Source: Mobula hypostoma
Lineage: Eukaryota
Assembly: GCF_963921235.1 (NCBI RefSeq)
Contig: NC_086110.1
Span: 9,734,001-9,798,000, forward strand
Length of the DNA: 64,000 bases
Reading direction: 5' to 3'
In this document: positions 1-11,890 of the stretch, in pieces
Layout of the letters: each line of letters opens with the position of its first letter
Numbering within the stretch: position 1 is the first letter of the stretch
Made by a program: the position numbers and the translations under genes
The notes under the pieces: generated by a model
Seen by the model: the letters and a program-made list of their open reading frames with translations, nothing else
What the model was told of the DNA's origin: nothing
Database searches by the model: none

Positions 1-640
1 TCCAAAGGGATCCCACCAGCAAGCACATCTTACCCCTCCCCCCCCCCACCCCAACACACACACACGTTCTGCTTTCCGCAGGGATTGGTCCCTACGCGAC
101 TCCCTTGTCCATTGGTCTCTCCCCAATTTATATCCCTGCTGCCACTCATCCTTGCAAGCGGAACAAGTGCAACACCTGCCCGTACACCTCCTCGCTACCA
201 TTCAGGGCCCTTAACAGTCTTTCCAGATGAGTCGCCACACTGCACCTTTGAGTCTACTGGGGTCATATACTTTGTCCTGTGCTCCAGATATGGCCTCCTG
301 TATATCGGTGATACCCGGCGTAGATTGGGAGACCGTATTGCCAAGCAGCTATGTTCCGTCCGCCAATTCACTTCGCAGCTCTTCAATTCATACCCTCCCC
401 CTTCAGGTTTTAGTTATCATCTTCTGTTTCTCTCTTCCTCCCCGCCCCCCCCCCACCCCCCCAGCCATGCCGGGTATTCTAAATCTACTCCAGCTTTTTT
501 TTTCTCCATTCCTGCCTTAGGGTTTCGGCCTGAAACGTCAACTGTGTTCTTTTCCTAGATGCTCTCTGGCCTACTAATTTCCTCAGCATTTTGTGTGTGT
601 TGCTCGAATTTCCAGCATCTGCAGATGTTCTATTGAATGT
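1..640 (+). mobile_element. Penelope-like element 3' fragment (GIY-YIG endonuclease end plus terminal repeat)
   Basis: Translation GVIYFVLCSRYGLLYIGDTRRRLGDR matches the Penelope GIY-YIG C-terminus. It is followed by a pyrimidine-rich tract and the typical terminal repeat (...aatttcctcagcattttgtgtgtgttgctc...ttccagcatctgcag). Confidence 0.75.
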
Positions 641-649
641 CGTAGATAG

Positions 650-990
650 AATAGTGTTGATTGGAGTGAGTGACGTCAGAATAGTGCGTCCATAAATCAG
701 ACTGCCAGCTCTCCATTTATGTTCCCTGTCCCGCACGTGACAACGTTTTTCACGGTGTTAATTTTGCATAGAAGAGATGACTTGCAATGCTCAAAGTGTA
801 GTTCCTGTGTATCACTACGCTGTCTTTGGAGATCAAAATATTTATGTGTACTAATCAAAAACCAGGTACTGAAAGCCATTATTTTGCGTCAGTATATGTT
901 TTCCCGCAAATTATCGTACTAGTCTTTACGTATAACGTGTTGATATTGAGTACCTCGTAATTTACTTCAGTAATCGACAAGAATCTATAA
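650..990. repeat. Unidentified dispersed repeat, inverted copy of ~35950-36270
   Basis: Reverse complement aligns by eye to 35950-36270; for example gcaatgctcaaagtgt and cttcagtaatcgacaa are shared. ORFs 719..922(+) and 35979..36200(-) give similar peptides. Confidence 0.8.
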
Positions 991-1110
991 CTTTTAAAGC
1001 AACACAGTCAAAATGCTGGAGGAGCTCAACAGGCCAGGCAGCATCTATGGAAAAAAAGTACACTCGACATTTCGGGCCGAGACTCTTCAGCAGGAGTGGA
1101 GAAAAAGATG
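990..1110 (-). repeat. Short Penelope-terminal-repeat-like interspersed element
   Basis: Sequence aaaatgctggaggagctcaacaggccaggcagcatctatgg...ttcgggccgagactcttcagcagga. Similar copies at ~9925-10055, 16565-16765, 24020-24140, 47775-47900, 58370-58500 and 62385-62520. Confidence 0.65.
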
Positions 1111-1159
1111 AGGAGTCAAGCCGTCCTCTACATCCTTCGTAGCAGTTGTAAAACGCCTG

Positions 1160-1620
1160 AAAGTTGTATTCGCTCGCCATTGGATACCAGAAACATTTGT
1201 ACCACACAACGGTCCACAATTCAGCTGCTCAGAATTCAAAGCCATTATTAGTTATTATGACTTTAAACACCAGACAAGAAGTCCACAGTACCCGCAGGCA
1301 AACGGAGAAGCGAAAGGAGCACTCCAAACGCAACTGAAAAGAATACCCTACTGAAAGCAAAAGACCCCTACAAAACACTGTTAGCTTATCGCTCTGAACC
1401 TCCTGTGAATGCTTACAATCTATAACAGCTGTCTATAGGCCGGAGACTGACAGCAAACCTATCCTATCCGCTTCTATAACCTCGCCAGAGAAAGTGAGAA
1501 ATTTTGAAACAGCAATGTGAAAAAGCGAAGAGTATTCATGATCTGAGACACAGAAGAAAAAAGTTGCCTCCATTCAGGAGTGGTGAAGCTGTTGGAGTTT
1601 CAGACCAATTCACCAATCGT
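1160..1620 (+). mobile_element. Degenerate Ty3/Gypsy integrase core fragment
   Basis: Frameshifted translation resembles VFARH.IPET...NGPQFSCSEF...HQTRSPQYPQANGEA...LLAYRSEP, which is the rve DD(35)E region. Confidence 0.7.
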
Positions 1621-4218
1621 TCGGAAGCATACACCACGAACATTTGTGATCAGAAAACCACAATCAGGTGTTTGATCAAGATCAATCAGGCGAAACAGGC
1701 TTCAAAGTGCATGAAAGGAAGGAAGAGGACCACTTTCCAGAGATGGACGCAGGTGTTTAAGAATCTCCATCCACTACAACACTTTCAGGAACGTACACCA
1801 GATCGGGACGTTTATCTGTCCCACCACACTCCACCGCCCAATAGCTCATAACAAATGACTAAAGAAGCAGGATATTCATGGTTTGTTGCCTCCTGGGTGC
1901 CAAGGTCCGGGATGTCTCTGACCGGGTGCACGACATCCTGGTACAAGTGGGAAAGCAACCAGAAGTCGTGATACATGTTGGCACCAACGACATAGGCAGG
2001 AAGAGGAATGAGGTCCTGAAGTGTGAGCTTCGGGAAATAGGCAGAAGGCTGAAAAACAGAACCTCAAATGTGGCGTTCTCAGGATTGCTGCCAGTGCTAC
2101 GTCATAGTGATGGTAAGAATTGGAGGAGATGGCAGTTGAATGCGTGGCTAAGGAGTTGGTGCAGGGGGCAGGGTTTTAGATTTTTGGACCATTGGGATCT
2201 CTTCTGGGGAAGGTGGGACCTGTAGAGATTGGATGGGTTGCACCTGAACTGGAGGGGGAGCAATATCCTTGCAGGTAGGTTTGCGAGCATGGTTTGGGAG
2301 GGTTTAAAGTAATTTGCAAGGGAATGGGATCCGGAGCGATAGGGTAGGGTGGTGAAAGAAATGCATGGAGTAAAGCCAGATCTAACATATAGAGAGGCTT
2401 TGAGGAAAGAGAAACTGAATAAAGCGTGTAAAGGTAGAAAGATCAAAGGGCTGAAGTGCGTGCAATTCAATGTAAGAAGCATCAGGAACAAAGGTGTTGA
2501 ACTGAGAGCTTGGATACATATATGGTATTGTGATGTCGTGGCCATTACAGAGACTTGGCTGCCACCAGAGCAGGAATGGATTCTGAATATTCCTGGGATT
2601 CTGTGCTTTAGAAGGGATGGGGGGGAGGGGAGGAGGGGTGGCATTACTGATCAGGGATACTATTACAGCTACAGAAAGGGTGGGTAATGTAGCATGATCC
2701 TCTTTTGAGTCAGTATGGGTGGAAGTCAGGAACAAGAAGGAAGCAGTTACTCTATTGGGAGTATTCTATAGGCCCCCTGGTAGCAGCAGAGATACCGAGG
2801 AGCAGATTGGGAGGCAGATTTTGGAAAAGTGCAAAAATAACATGGTTGTTATCATGGGTGACTTTAACTTCCCTAATATTGATTGGCACCTGATGAGTTC
2901 CAAGGGTTTGGACGGGGCAGAGTTTGATAAGTGTGTCCAGGACGGATTCCTGTCACAGTATGTTGACAGGCCGACTGGGGGAATGCCATACTAGATGTAG
3001 TAGTAGGTAACGAACCGGGTCCGGTCACAGATCTCTCAGTGGGCGAGCATCTGGGGGACAGTCCCTGGCCTTCAGCATTATCATGGAAAAGGATAGAATC
3101 AGAAAGGACAGGATTTTTTTTTAATTGTGGAAGGGCAAATTATGAGGCTATAAGGCTAGAAATTGTGGGTGTGAATTGGGATGATGTTTTTGCAGGGAAA
3201 TGTACTATGGACATGTGATCGATGTTTAGAGATCTGTATCAGGATGTTAGGGATAAAATTGTCCCGGTGAGGAAGAAAAAGAATGGTAGGGTGAAGGAAC
3301 CATGGGTGACAAGTGAGCTGGAAAATCTAGTCAGTTGGAAGAAGGCAGCATACATGAGGTAGCATACATAAGCAAGGATCAAATGGGTCTATAGAGGAAT
3401 ATAGGGTAGTAAGAAAGGAGCTTACGAAGGGCCTGAGAAGAGCAAGAAGGGGGCATGAGAAGGCCTTGGCGAGTAGGGTAAAGGAAAATCCCAAGGCATT
3501 CTTCAATTATGTGAAGAACAAAAGGATGGCAGGAGTGAATGCAGGACTGATTAGAGATAAAGGTGGGGAGATGTGCCTGGAGGCTCTGGACGTGAGCGAG
3601 GTCCTCAATGAATACTTCTCTTCGGTCTTCACCAATGAGAGGGAACTTGATGACGGTGAGGACAATATGAGTGAGGTTGATGTTCTGGAGCATGTTGATA
3701 TTAAGGGAGAGGAGGTGTTGGCGTTATTAAAATACATTAGGACAGATAAGTCACCGGGGCCTGAAGGAATATTCCCCAGACTGCTCCACGAGACGAAGGA
3801 AGAGATTGCTGAGAATCTGGCTCGGATCTTTATGTCCTCCTTGTCTATGGGAATGGTACCGGAGGATTGGAGGGAGGCGAATGTTGTTCCCTTGTTCAAA
3901 AAAGGTAGTAGGGAATGCCCGGGTAGTTATAGACCACTGAGGCTTACGTCTGTGGTGGGAAAGCTGATGAAGAAGATTCTTAGAGATAGGATCTCTGGGC
4001 ATTTAGAGAATCATGGTCTGATCAGGGACAGTCAGCATGGCTTTGTGAAGTGCAGAACGTGTCTAACAAGCCTGATAGAGTTCTTGGAGGAGGTGACCAG
4101 GCATATAGATGAGGGTTCTGCAGTGGATGTGATCTATATGGATTTTAGTAAGGCATTTGACAAGGTTCCACATGGTAGGCTTATTCAGAAAGTCAGAAGG
4201 CATGGGATCCAGAGACGT

Positions 4219-4618
4219 TGTCATGGTTCCGTTTGGTTGTTCCCCTCTAACGCTCCTTTCCCGCTGATTATGCCCTAATTAAAGCTACTAGAATTCCAAT
4301 TGCTGCTAGTTTACTTAATTACGGTACACCTGGTTTGTATCAGAGACTGTGAAATAAGTACGATGGCGTCACTACACAGGACGCCAGTTTGTTGGTCTAT
4401 TCTTGTTTGGTACTTCGTTCTCTCGTTCGCTTAGAACCGTTAGTTCTAGGATTAGTTCCAAGTTCTGCTCTAGTTTCAAGATAGTCCCTATAGATCCTGT
4501 CTCCTTGTCAAGATTCCTCCGGTTTGCTGTTCTACGTTCACGTCTACGCCAGCATCCCCAACTCAGTCGACGTGCCGGTGTCCTGCACTTGGGTTCTCCT
4601 CAATCGCCCCGTGCAACA
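4219..4618 (+). repeat. 5' LTR of chromovirus
   Basis: TGTCATGGTTCC...GTGCAACA; direct repeat of 7712-8111. Confidence 0.95.
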
Positions 4619-4665
4619 GAACAAACTGGCCAACATAAACCCAGCAGACACGAATCATTTGCAAC

Positions 4666-7600
4666 AAGCTCCAATAGTTCTTGGCTACCACTGGTTAAGC
4701 CGCCATAACCCTTACATTGATTGGTCTACCGGAAAGATAGCCAGCTGGGGTCGGTTTTGTCAGGCCACTTGTCTGCAGTCGGCCCTTTCCCCTGTAAAAA
4801 CTACCTCGACCTGACCTGCCGTTGAACCCCCTGACTTGTGCAGTGTTCCAGCGGAGTACCATGACCTGGGACAAGTGTTTAGTAAACAACGTGCCCTTTC
4901 CCTGCCTCCACACCGACCATACGATTGTGCTATTGACCTTCTCCCCGGAGCTCCTCTATCCACCATTCGGCTGTATGACTTGCCCCGGCCAGAGAGGGAA
5001 GCAATGGAGGGGTTACATCAGTGAATCTCTCGCGGCGGGTGTCATCCGACCCTCATCCTCCCCGGTGGGCGCAGTGTTCTTCTTTGTGGAGAAGAAGGAT
5101 GGTTCACTACGTCCCTGCATCGACTACCGCGACCTAAATCATATAACCATAAAGAACAAGTACCCACTGCCTCTGATAAGTTCTGCGTTCGAAGCACTTC
5201 ACGGAGCCACCATCTTCTCGAAGTTGGACCTACAAAGCGCCTACCATCTGGTCCGAATAATGGAGGGGGACGAGTGCAAGACGGCATTTAATACCTCTTT
5301 AGGCCACTTCGAGTACTTGGTCATGCCTTTTGGCCCCACCAATGCCCCCGCAGTTTTTTAAACCTTGATTAACGACGTACTAAGAAACTTTATTAAACGC
5401 TTTGTGTTTGTCTATCTGGATGACATCCTAATCTTTTCCAGCAGTCCCCAGCAACACGTTCATCATGTCCGTCAAATCCTGCAGACGCTGGGGGAGAGTA
5501 AATTATCGTAAAGGCGGAGAAGTGCGAATTCCACGTCCCTTCGGTCAGCTTCTTAAGTTATGTCATCGAGAGCGGACAGGTGAGAGCTGATCCCGAGAAG
5601 ATCCGGGCTGTGGCGGAGTGGCCGAAACCCACGGACCGCAAGCAACTCCAACGGTTCCTGGGGTTTGCGAACTTCTATAGCTGGTTCATCAGAAACTACA
5701 GTCAGGTGGCGGCTCCCCTGACCGGACTTACCTCGCCTGCCACACTTTTCCTTTGGAACTCCGAGGCAGACTCAGCATTCGCGGAACTAAAGAGGCGTTT
5801 CACGTCTGCTCCCGTTCTGAATCAACCGGACCCTCCTGTCAATTCATTGTGGAGTTTGACGCCTCCGATTCCGGGGTGGAAGCAGTACTGTCCCAACGTT
5901 CGGGCCCGGATCAGAAGCTACATTCCTCTGCCTTCTTCTCTCGCTGACTGTCTCCCGCTGTACGAAATTTCGACGTGGGGATGCGGGAGCTACTGGCGGT
6001 CAAACTGGCATTGGCAGAATGGAGACTCTGGTTGGAGACGGCTGAACACCCGTTCATCGTCTGGACAGACCATAAGAACCTTGAATATATCCAGACCGCC
6101 AAACATCTGAATTCTCGCCAGGCCCGTTGGGCTTTATTTTTTGGCCGGTTCAGGTTTACCCTCTCCTATCGTCAGGGGTCCAAGAACGGGAAGCCCGATG
6201 CTCTCTCCCGTCAATACGTTTCCGAGGAGGACCTTCCCAACCCCGAGACCATCCGTCCATCATCCTGTGTAATGGCTGCCCTCACCTGGGAGATCGAGTT
6301 CAGAGTCAAAGAGGCCCAACGGATTCAACCTGACACAGGCATCGGACCTCCCAATCACCTGGTTGTACCTGATTCTGTCCGATTGCAGGTTCTCCAGTGG
6401 GGGCACACATCTCGTTTCGCCTGCCACCCCGGAATCGATCGGACTCTGACTCTTCTGAAGAGACATTTCTGGTGGCCCACCATGGACGCCGACACCCGGT
6501 TCCCATGCCTCTGCATGTTCCGTCTGCGCCCGTGGAAGAGCTTCCCATCGGCCACCTGCGGGATTGCTTCGTCCCCTTCCTGTCCCTGGTCGTCCCTGGT
6601 CAAACATCGCTCTGATTTTCGTCACCGGGCTACCCGCTTCACGTGGAAACACTGCCGTACTAACTGTGGTGAACCATTTCTCCAAGTCGGTGCATTTTGT
6701 AGCCCTCCCTAAAATCCCTTCTGCGCAGGAGACCGCAGACCTTCTCGTCACCCACGTTTTCCGACTTCACGGAATCCCTTCGGATATTGTCTCCGACCGG
6801 ACACCTCAATTCATTTCATAAGTTTGGAGATCTTTTTGTCGAGCCCTTGGTGCCTCCTAGCCTATCGTCCGGGTTTCACCCACAGACCAACGGGCAAACG
6901 GAGCGGGTCAACCAGGAGCTGGAGGCGGCGCTACGTTGTATAACAGCCAACAACCCGTCTACATGGAGCAACCATCTCGCATGGGTAGTATACGCCCACA
7001 ACTCTCTGGTCAACAACGCGACTGGAAAATCTCCTTTTGAATGTTCTCTTGGTTATTCCCCCCCCCCCCCTTTGCTTCCCGCCCAGGAAGAAGAGATTGC
7101 GTTGCCATCAGTCCAGGCCCATATACACAGGTGCCAAAAAAACCGGGAAGACACACGCACGGCCCTGCTTCGCTATGCCAACCGTAACCGGAAAATTTCC
7201 GACCGCCATTGTCCTCTGCTCCTGAGTATCGACCTGGGCAGATGTTGTGGCTCTCGTCTAGAGACATTCCTCTGAAGAATCAGCCCAAGAAGCTCGCCCC
7301 CGCTTCCTGGGACACTTCGAGGTTAAGAGCATTATCGACCCCGCGGCAGTCCGGCTCAAACTACCCACGTCTCTGCGGATCCATCCTACATTTCACGTCT
7401 CCTAGTAAAAACCGGTTTCTGTCAGCCCCTTGTGCCCTCCGACCGAACCCCTTCTACCCTCCATCCCGCCCCCGAATCATCGACGACCATTCGGCGTACA
7501 CCGTCCGGCGGTTATTGGATGTCCGCCGTCGGGGCACGAGTCTCCAGTACCTAGTTGAATGGGAGGGATACTGCCCTGCGGAACGTTCCTGGATTCCCCG

Positions 7601-7688
7601 CTCCTACATTCTGGACCCTTCTCTCATCCGGGATTTCCATCGGGACCATCCAGACCAGCCTGGAGGATCGCCAGGAGGCTCCCGTTGA
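4666..7688 (+). pseudogene. Chromovirus pol remnant (protease end-RT-RNase H-integrase-chromodomain), frameshifted
   Basis: PIVLGYHWL (protease end); [43 protein letters not shown] (RT); [10 protein letters not shown]...[10 protein letters not shown] (RNase H); [34 protein letters not shown] (integrase); YTVRRLLDVRRRGTSLQYLVEWEGY (chromodomain). Confidence 0.95.
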
Positions 7689-7711
7689 GGGGTGGGGGGG
7701 GGACGGAACTC

Positions 7712-8111
7712 TGTCATGGTTCCGTTTGGTTGTTCCCCTTTAACGGTCCTTTCTCCCTGATTATGCCCTAATTACAGCCATTAGATCTCCAATTGCTGCT
7801 AGTTTACTTCATTACGGTACACCTGGTTTGCATCAGAGATTGTGAAATAAGTACGATGGCGTCACTAGACAGGTCGCCAGTTTATTGGTCTATTCTTGTG
7901 TGGTACTTCGTTCTCTCGTCCGCTTAGAACCGTTAGTTTCAAGTTTAGTTCCAAGTTCCACTCTAGTTTCAAGATAGTCCCTGTAGATCCCGTCTCCTTG
8001 TCAAGATTCCTCCGGTTTGCTGTTCTACGTTCACGACTACGCCAGCATCCACAACTCAGTCGACGTGCCGGTGTCCTGCACTTGGGTTCTCCTCAGTCGG
8101 GGCGTGCAACA
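7712..8111 (+). repeat. 3' LTR of chromovirus
   Basis: Direct repeat of 4219-4618, preceded by a G-rich PPT. Confidence 0.95.
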
Positions 8112-10753
8112 GACGTTTGGCCAGATTGATTCAGAATTGGCGTGCCTGAAGAAGGCAGAGGATCGCGGTGGAGGGAGTACATTCGGAATGGAGGGTTGTG
8201 ACTAGCGGTGTCCCACAAGGATCGGTTCTGGGACCTCTACTTTTCGGGATTTATATTAACGACCTGGATGTGGGGGTAGAAGGGTGGATTGGCAAGTTTG
8301 CAGACGACACAAAGGTTGGTGCTGTTGTAGGTAGTGTAGAGGATTGTCAAAGATTGCAGAGAGACACTGATAGGTTGCAGAAGTGGGCTGAGAAGTGGTA
8401 GATGGATTTCAACTCGGAGAAGAGTGAGGTGGTACACTTTGAAAGGACAAACTCCATGACAGAGTACAAAGTAAAGGGCAGGATACTTGGTAGTGTGGAG
8501 GAGCAGAGGGATCTGAGGGTACATGTCCACAGATCCCTGAAAGTTGCCTCACAGGTAGATAAGGTAGTTAAGAAAGCTTATGGGTTGTTAGCTTTCATAA
8601 ATCTAGGGTTAGGGTTTAAGAGTCGCGAGGTAATGATGCAGATGTATAAAACTCTGGTTCGGCCACACTTCGAGTACTGTGTCTAGTTCTGGTCCCCTCA
8701 CCACAGGAAGGATGTGGAAGCATTGGAAAGGGTACAGAGATTTGCCAGGATGATGCCTGGTTTCGAGAGTCTGGATTATGATCAGACATTAAGGGAGCTA
8801 GGGCTTTACTCTTTGGAGAGGAGGAGGATGAGAAGAGACCTGATAGAGGTATACAAGATATTAAGAGAAATAGACAGAGTGGATAGCCAGCGCCTCTTCC
8901 CCAGGGCACCACTGCTCAATACAAGGGGACATGTCTTTAAGGTAAGGGGTGGGAATTTCAAGGAGAATATTAGAAGAAGGTTTTTTACTCAGAGTGGTTG
9001 GTGCGTGGAATGCACTGCCTGAGTCAGTGGTGGAGGCAGACACACTAGTGAAATTTAAGAGACTACTAGATAGGTATATGGAGGAATTGAAGGTGGGGGG
9101 GGTATATGGGAGGCAGGGTTTGAGGGTCGGCACAACAATGTGGGCCGAATGGCCCGTACTGTGTTGTACTATTCTATGTTCTATGTTCTTATATTCCTCT
9201 CACTTTGCCGGAGTGTTCAGGTATTCTATCCTGACCTCCGTTAAATACCGAGTTTTTTTTTAACGAGTTCTAATGTTGAAAACGTTTCAGAAAATGAGAC
9301 TGTTCTTTAAAAAAAGGAACTGGTGAAAAAGCTGGAAATAGAGACAGAGAGTGGACATTTTTATGTTTATGTAAGGAGCATAAATTATGGCTATGGATAA
9401 AATGCACTGGATACCTCAATTTCAGTGAGTATAATTTCAATGCAGGTCTAAGGAGAAGAGGTACACACAGTACCTAGATTTTCTTTTTCTCAAGAAGGGG
9501 GAGATATAGTGGAAGGTAATAGTGTTCTTCCTATGTCATTGAGTTCACAACTCCCTCATGGCAAGAATTCACATACTATAACAGCAGGGTTATCAATAAA
9601 GTTCAGTTGAGTATCCTGCATGCTGGTATCCTAGTGTGCTCTGCAATATCCCGCAATAACGAACACACAGTGGGTACCTGAGACTGCCAAAACGTAGACA
9701 AAACTCCAATCAGTTGATTAGCACTCAATAATCAGTCAGTTATGCCGCCTGGGGCAGTTACTTTCTATGAGTTCAGCTTCTTGAAGGATGCCCTCTCGTC
9801 AGCCTTAGAGAATGAAATCTCAGGGTTGTTGAGAGCTGTGGGAATCTGTGAAGATGATTCCATATTCTGTCAGTCAAAGCGATCATAAAATGCATTGAGC
9901 TCATCTGGGAGGGCAACATCGTGATCACTGACAAACAAGAGAAAATCTGCAGATGCTGGAAATCAAAGCAATACACACAAATGCTGGAGGGAAGTTAGCA
10001 GGCCAAGCAGTATCTATAAGAAAGAGTCAAAAGACAGCGTTTCAGTCCGTGATCACTGTGGTGTTTTCCTTCATCCTCCGATGAGTTGTTGAACATTCCT
10101 AATCCACCAAACCGAAGTTCGGTCCATTCAGTGGACCGAGAGCTCCGTATCGGGGTGTCGGCAGTAAGACCTGTCTCAGTGAACTAGAGAAAGTAGCAAA
10201 CCCTCAATTCCCTACGACACAGCAATCTTGCTCTTGTGCCATGCGGTCCGATGATTATACACAGAACTGTACTCCAGACGACCATAAAATCGATATTGCG
10301 GTTAGATAGTTCAAAACTACATCTCTTAAATTGAAATATCAGACTGCAGATTGCGGCGATAGCACTTCAGAAAATGTATATGTTACTTAAGGTTTATTTT
10401 CACTTACTAGATGAAGAGATTTCCATTATTACTCGAGAGCCTTGATACATTCAAGGAAAAGTGGTACCCATAATTAATGCTCCATCCAGTGCCTTGAACA
10501 GTCATATTCCTCAATTATTGTAAGCTCTAGGGCATGTCATCGAGGGCTGCACTGCATTCGCCAGGTTACTTATAAGGGAAACGAGAGCTGTGCTACCAGG
10601 AATGAGTGACACATACATTGCTCCGGATGCCCTGCACCAGCAGGTTCTTCTTATGTCTTGGAAATATCTGCGTTCCTTGTCTAAACCCTATGGGTTTCTG
10701 TCCGACAGTGGGACTCAGCGTAAGTAATCAAAGGTTTCAGCGGCAATTGGTTA

Positions 10754-11692
10754 CGTTGGACAGCAAAATTTTTTCGAAGTTGTTTTTGTTTGTTTATGAT
10801 AGACCACTTGAAGCTGAACGGAAATATAATTTCAGACTACTACTATCCCGTGGGAATTTGGAGAAACTAGAAATGAGCTTTTATTGAATATAATACGTTG
10901 AATTGCATAATCGTGCTGACGCTTTGCAATAGTTCAACTGTTGTTGATGATGTTCGGTTGTACTCAGTGTCTGATGCTGATTGCTTAAGTCTCTAACAAT
11001 AATCAGCCAGCATGAATAGAATCCAGTTCCCCTGATATAGTTTCTCTGTGACCGCAATGGTCTGTTGAAACCTTTCACCATGCTCGTCACTGATCGCGCC
11101 AGAATTTGCAGGGAAGAAGTCTAAATGGGAATGCAGAAAATTCATATTTAGTGACATGTTGCAGTTCATGGTCGTGTGTGCTTGATGTATGTTGTCAAGC
11201 AGCCGCACGTAGTTTGGTGCTCTGTGGTTGCCAAGAAAATTTTGAACATCCTTATATGCCTTCTATGCGATTTTCTCTGGTCCTACTAAAACTTGCCTGT
11301 CATTGATGACATGTTGATTTGTGGACCAACAACAAAGCCTTTCTTATTCTTGGCATCTGTTATTCTGGGAAACATCTGTCTCAGGTATCGATATCATTCA
11401 CGGGATTGTACAGACTTTCTATAACCTGTCCTGCCGTGCAGCATCCGCCTTGAATCCAATAATTAAGGTGCCGAATACAGTCCCAATGCCAATACCAGAG
11501 CCGGCCACTTTTCAGCTTACGTTGTGAGCAACATTATAATTGACTTGATTTATCAATTGAAATAACAAATATAGATGATTTCAAAAGATGGTGCATGATA
11601 GAGATATTCGTGCTGATTTTCATGATAAATAGCCCAAAATCCGTAAGATTCACCCAAAGGTATTCAGGGAGCAAAATCTTTGTTGTCCAGTG
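10754..11692 (-). mobile_element. Chapaev3-like (CMC superfamily) DNA transposon, internally deleted
   Basis: Minus-strand transposase C-terminus YLRQMFPRITDAK...VGPQI...NFLGNHRAPNY...NMSLNMNFLHSHLDFFPANSGAISDEHGERFQQ...YQGNW...LADYC. Imperfect terminal inverted repeats (TIRs): CGTTGGACAGCAAAATTTT at 10754 and the reverse complement of CACTGGACAACAAAGATTTTG ending at 11692. Family assignment rests on recalled motif similarity. Confidence 0.75.
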
Positions 11693-11775
11693 CTTTTAGT
11701 GTAAATGTGGTTTCCCGCAACTTGAACAAAATACATAGAGACTATCTATGGAACTGTGGTGGCCCAGCAATTATT

Positions 11776-11890
11776 TAAATAGATAGATAGATAGACAGGC
11801 AGACAGATAGACAGAGAGATAGATAAAGAGATAGATACATAGATAGCTAAAGATAGGTAGATAGATAGATGGATTAGATAAATAGATATA
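11776..11890. repeat. Imperfect (GATA)n microsatellite
   Basis: Directly visible tandem AGAT/AGAC units. Confidence 0.95.

Larger units (their letters stand above)
4219..8111 (+). mobile_element. Ty3/Gypsy chromovirus (Sushi-like) LTR retrotransposon with gag/protease deletion
   Basis: 400-bp LTRs at 4219-4618 and 7712-8111 (TG...CA). 5-bp target-site duplication (TSD) GACGT at 4214-4218 and 8112-8116. Polypurine tract (PPT) at ~7687-7702. RT, RNase H, integrase and chromodomain remnants lie between the LTRs. Confidence 0.97.
1870..9189 (+). mobile_element. CR1 LINE (ORF1 esterase end plus ORF2 EN/RT), 5'-truncated, interrupted by a Gypsy element at 4219-8111
   Basis: ORF1 SGNH-type segment VVIHVGTNDIGR...FRFLDHWDLFWGRWDL. 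ORF2 APE motifs (VAITETWL, IMGDFNFPNIDW) and RT motifs (DVIYMDFSKAFDKVPH, VPQGSVLGPLLF, KFADDTK). 3' tail (TTCTATG)n ends at ~9189. Multiple stops and frameshifts. Confidence 0.95.

Noticed and set aside
2102-2644. 180-aa minus-strand ORF and similar long antisense ORFs (3507-3899, 6260-6751, 28339-28761, 29740-30129, 34673-35164)
   Set aside because: They are antisense or alternate-frame shadows of CR1 or Gypsy coding sequence, with no independent motifs.
9474-9677. 204-nt AG...GT interval on the minus strand with symmetric phase 1 (possible exon)
   Set aside because: Three in-frame stops and no recognisable domain motif.
9666-9706. CACAGTG heptamer followed 23-25 nt later by an A-rich nonamer-like sequence (possible V(D)J RSS)
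   Set aside because: At an exact 23-nt spacer the nonamer matches only 6/9 (AGACAAAAC), and a better match needs a 25-nt spacer. No V, D or J segment abuts the heptamer, and the V exons here are already joined to their J-like strand.
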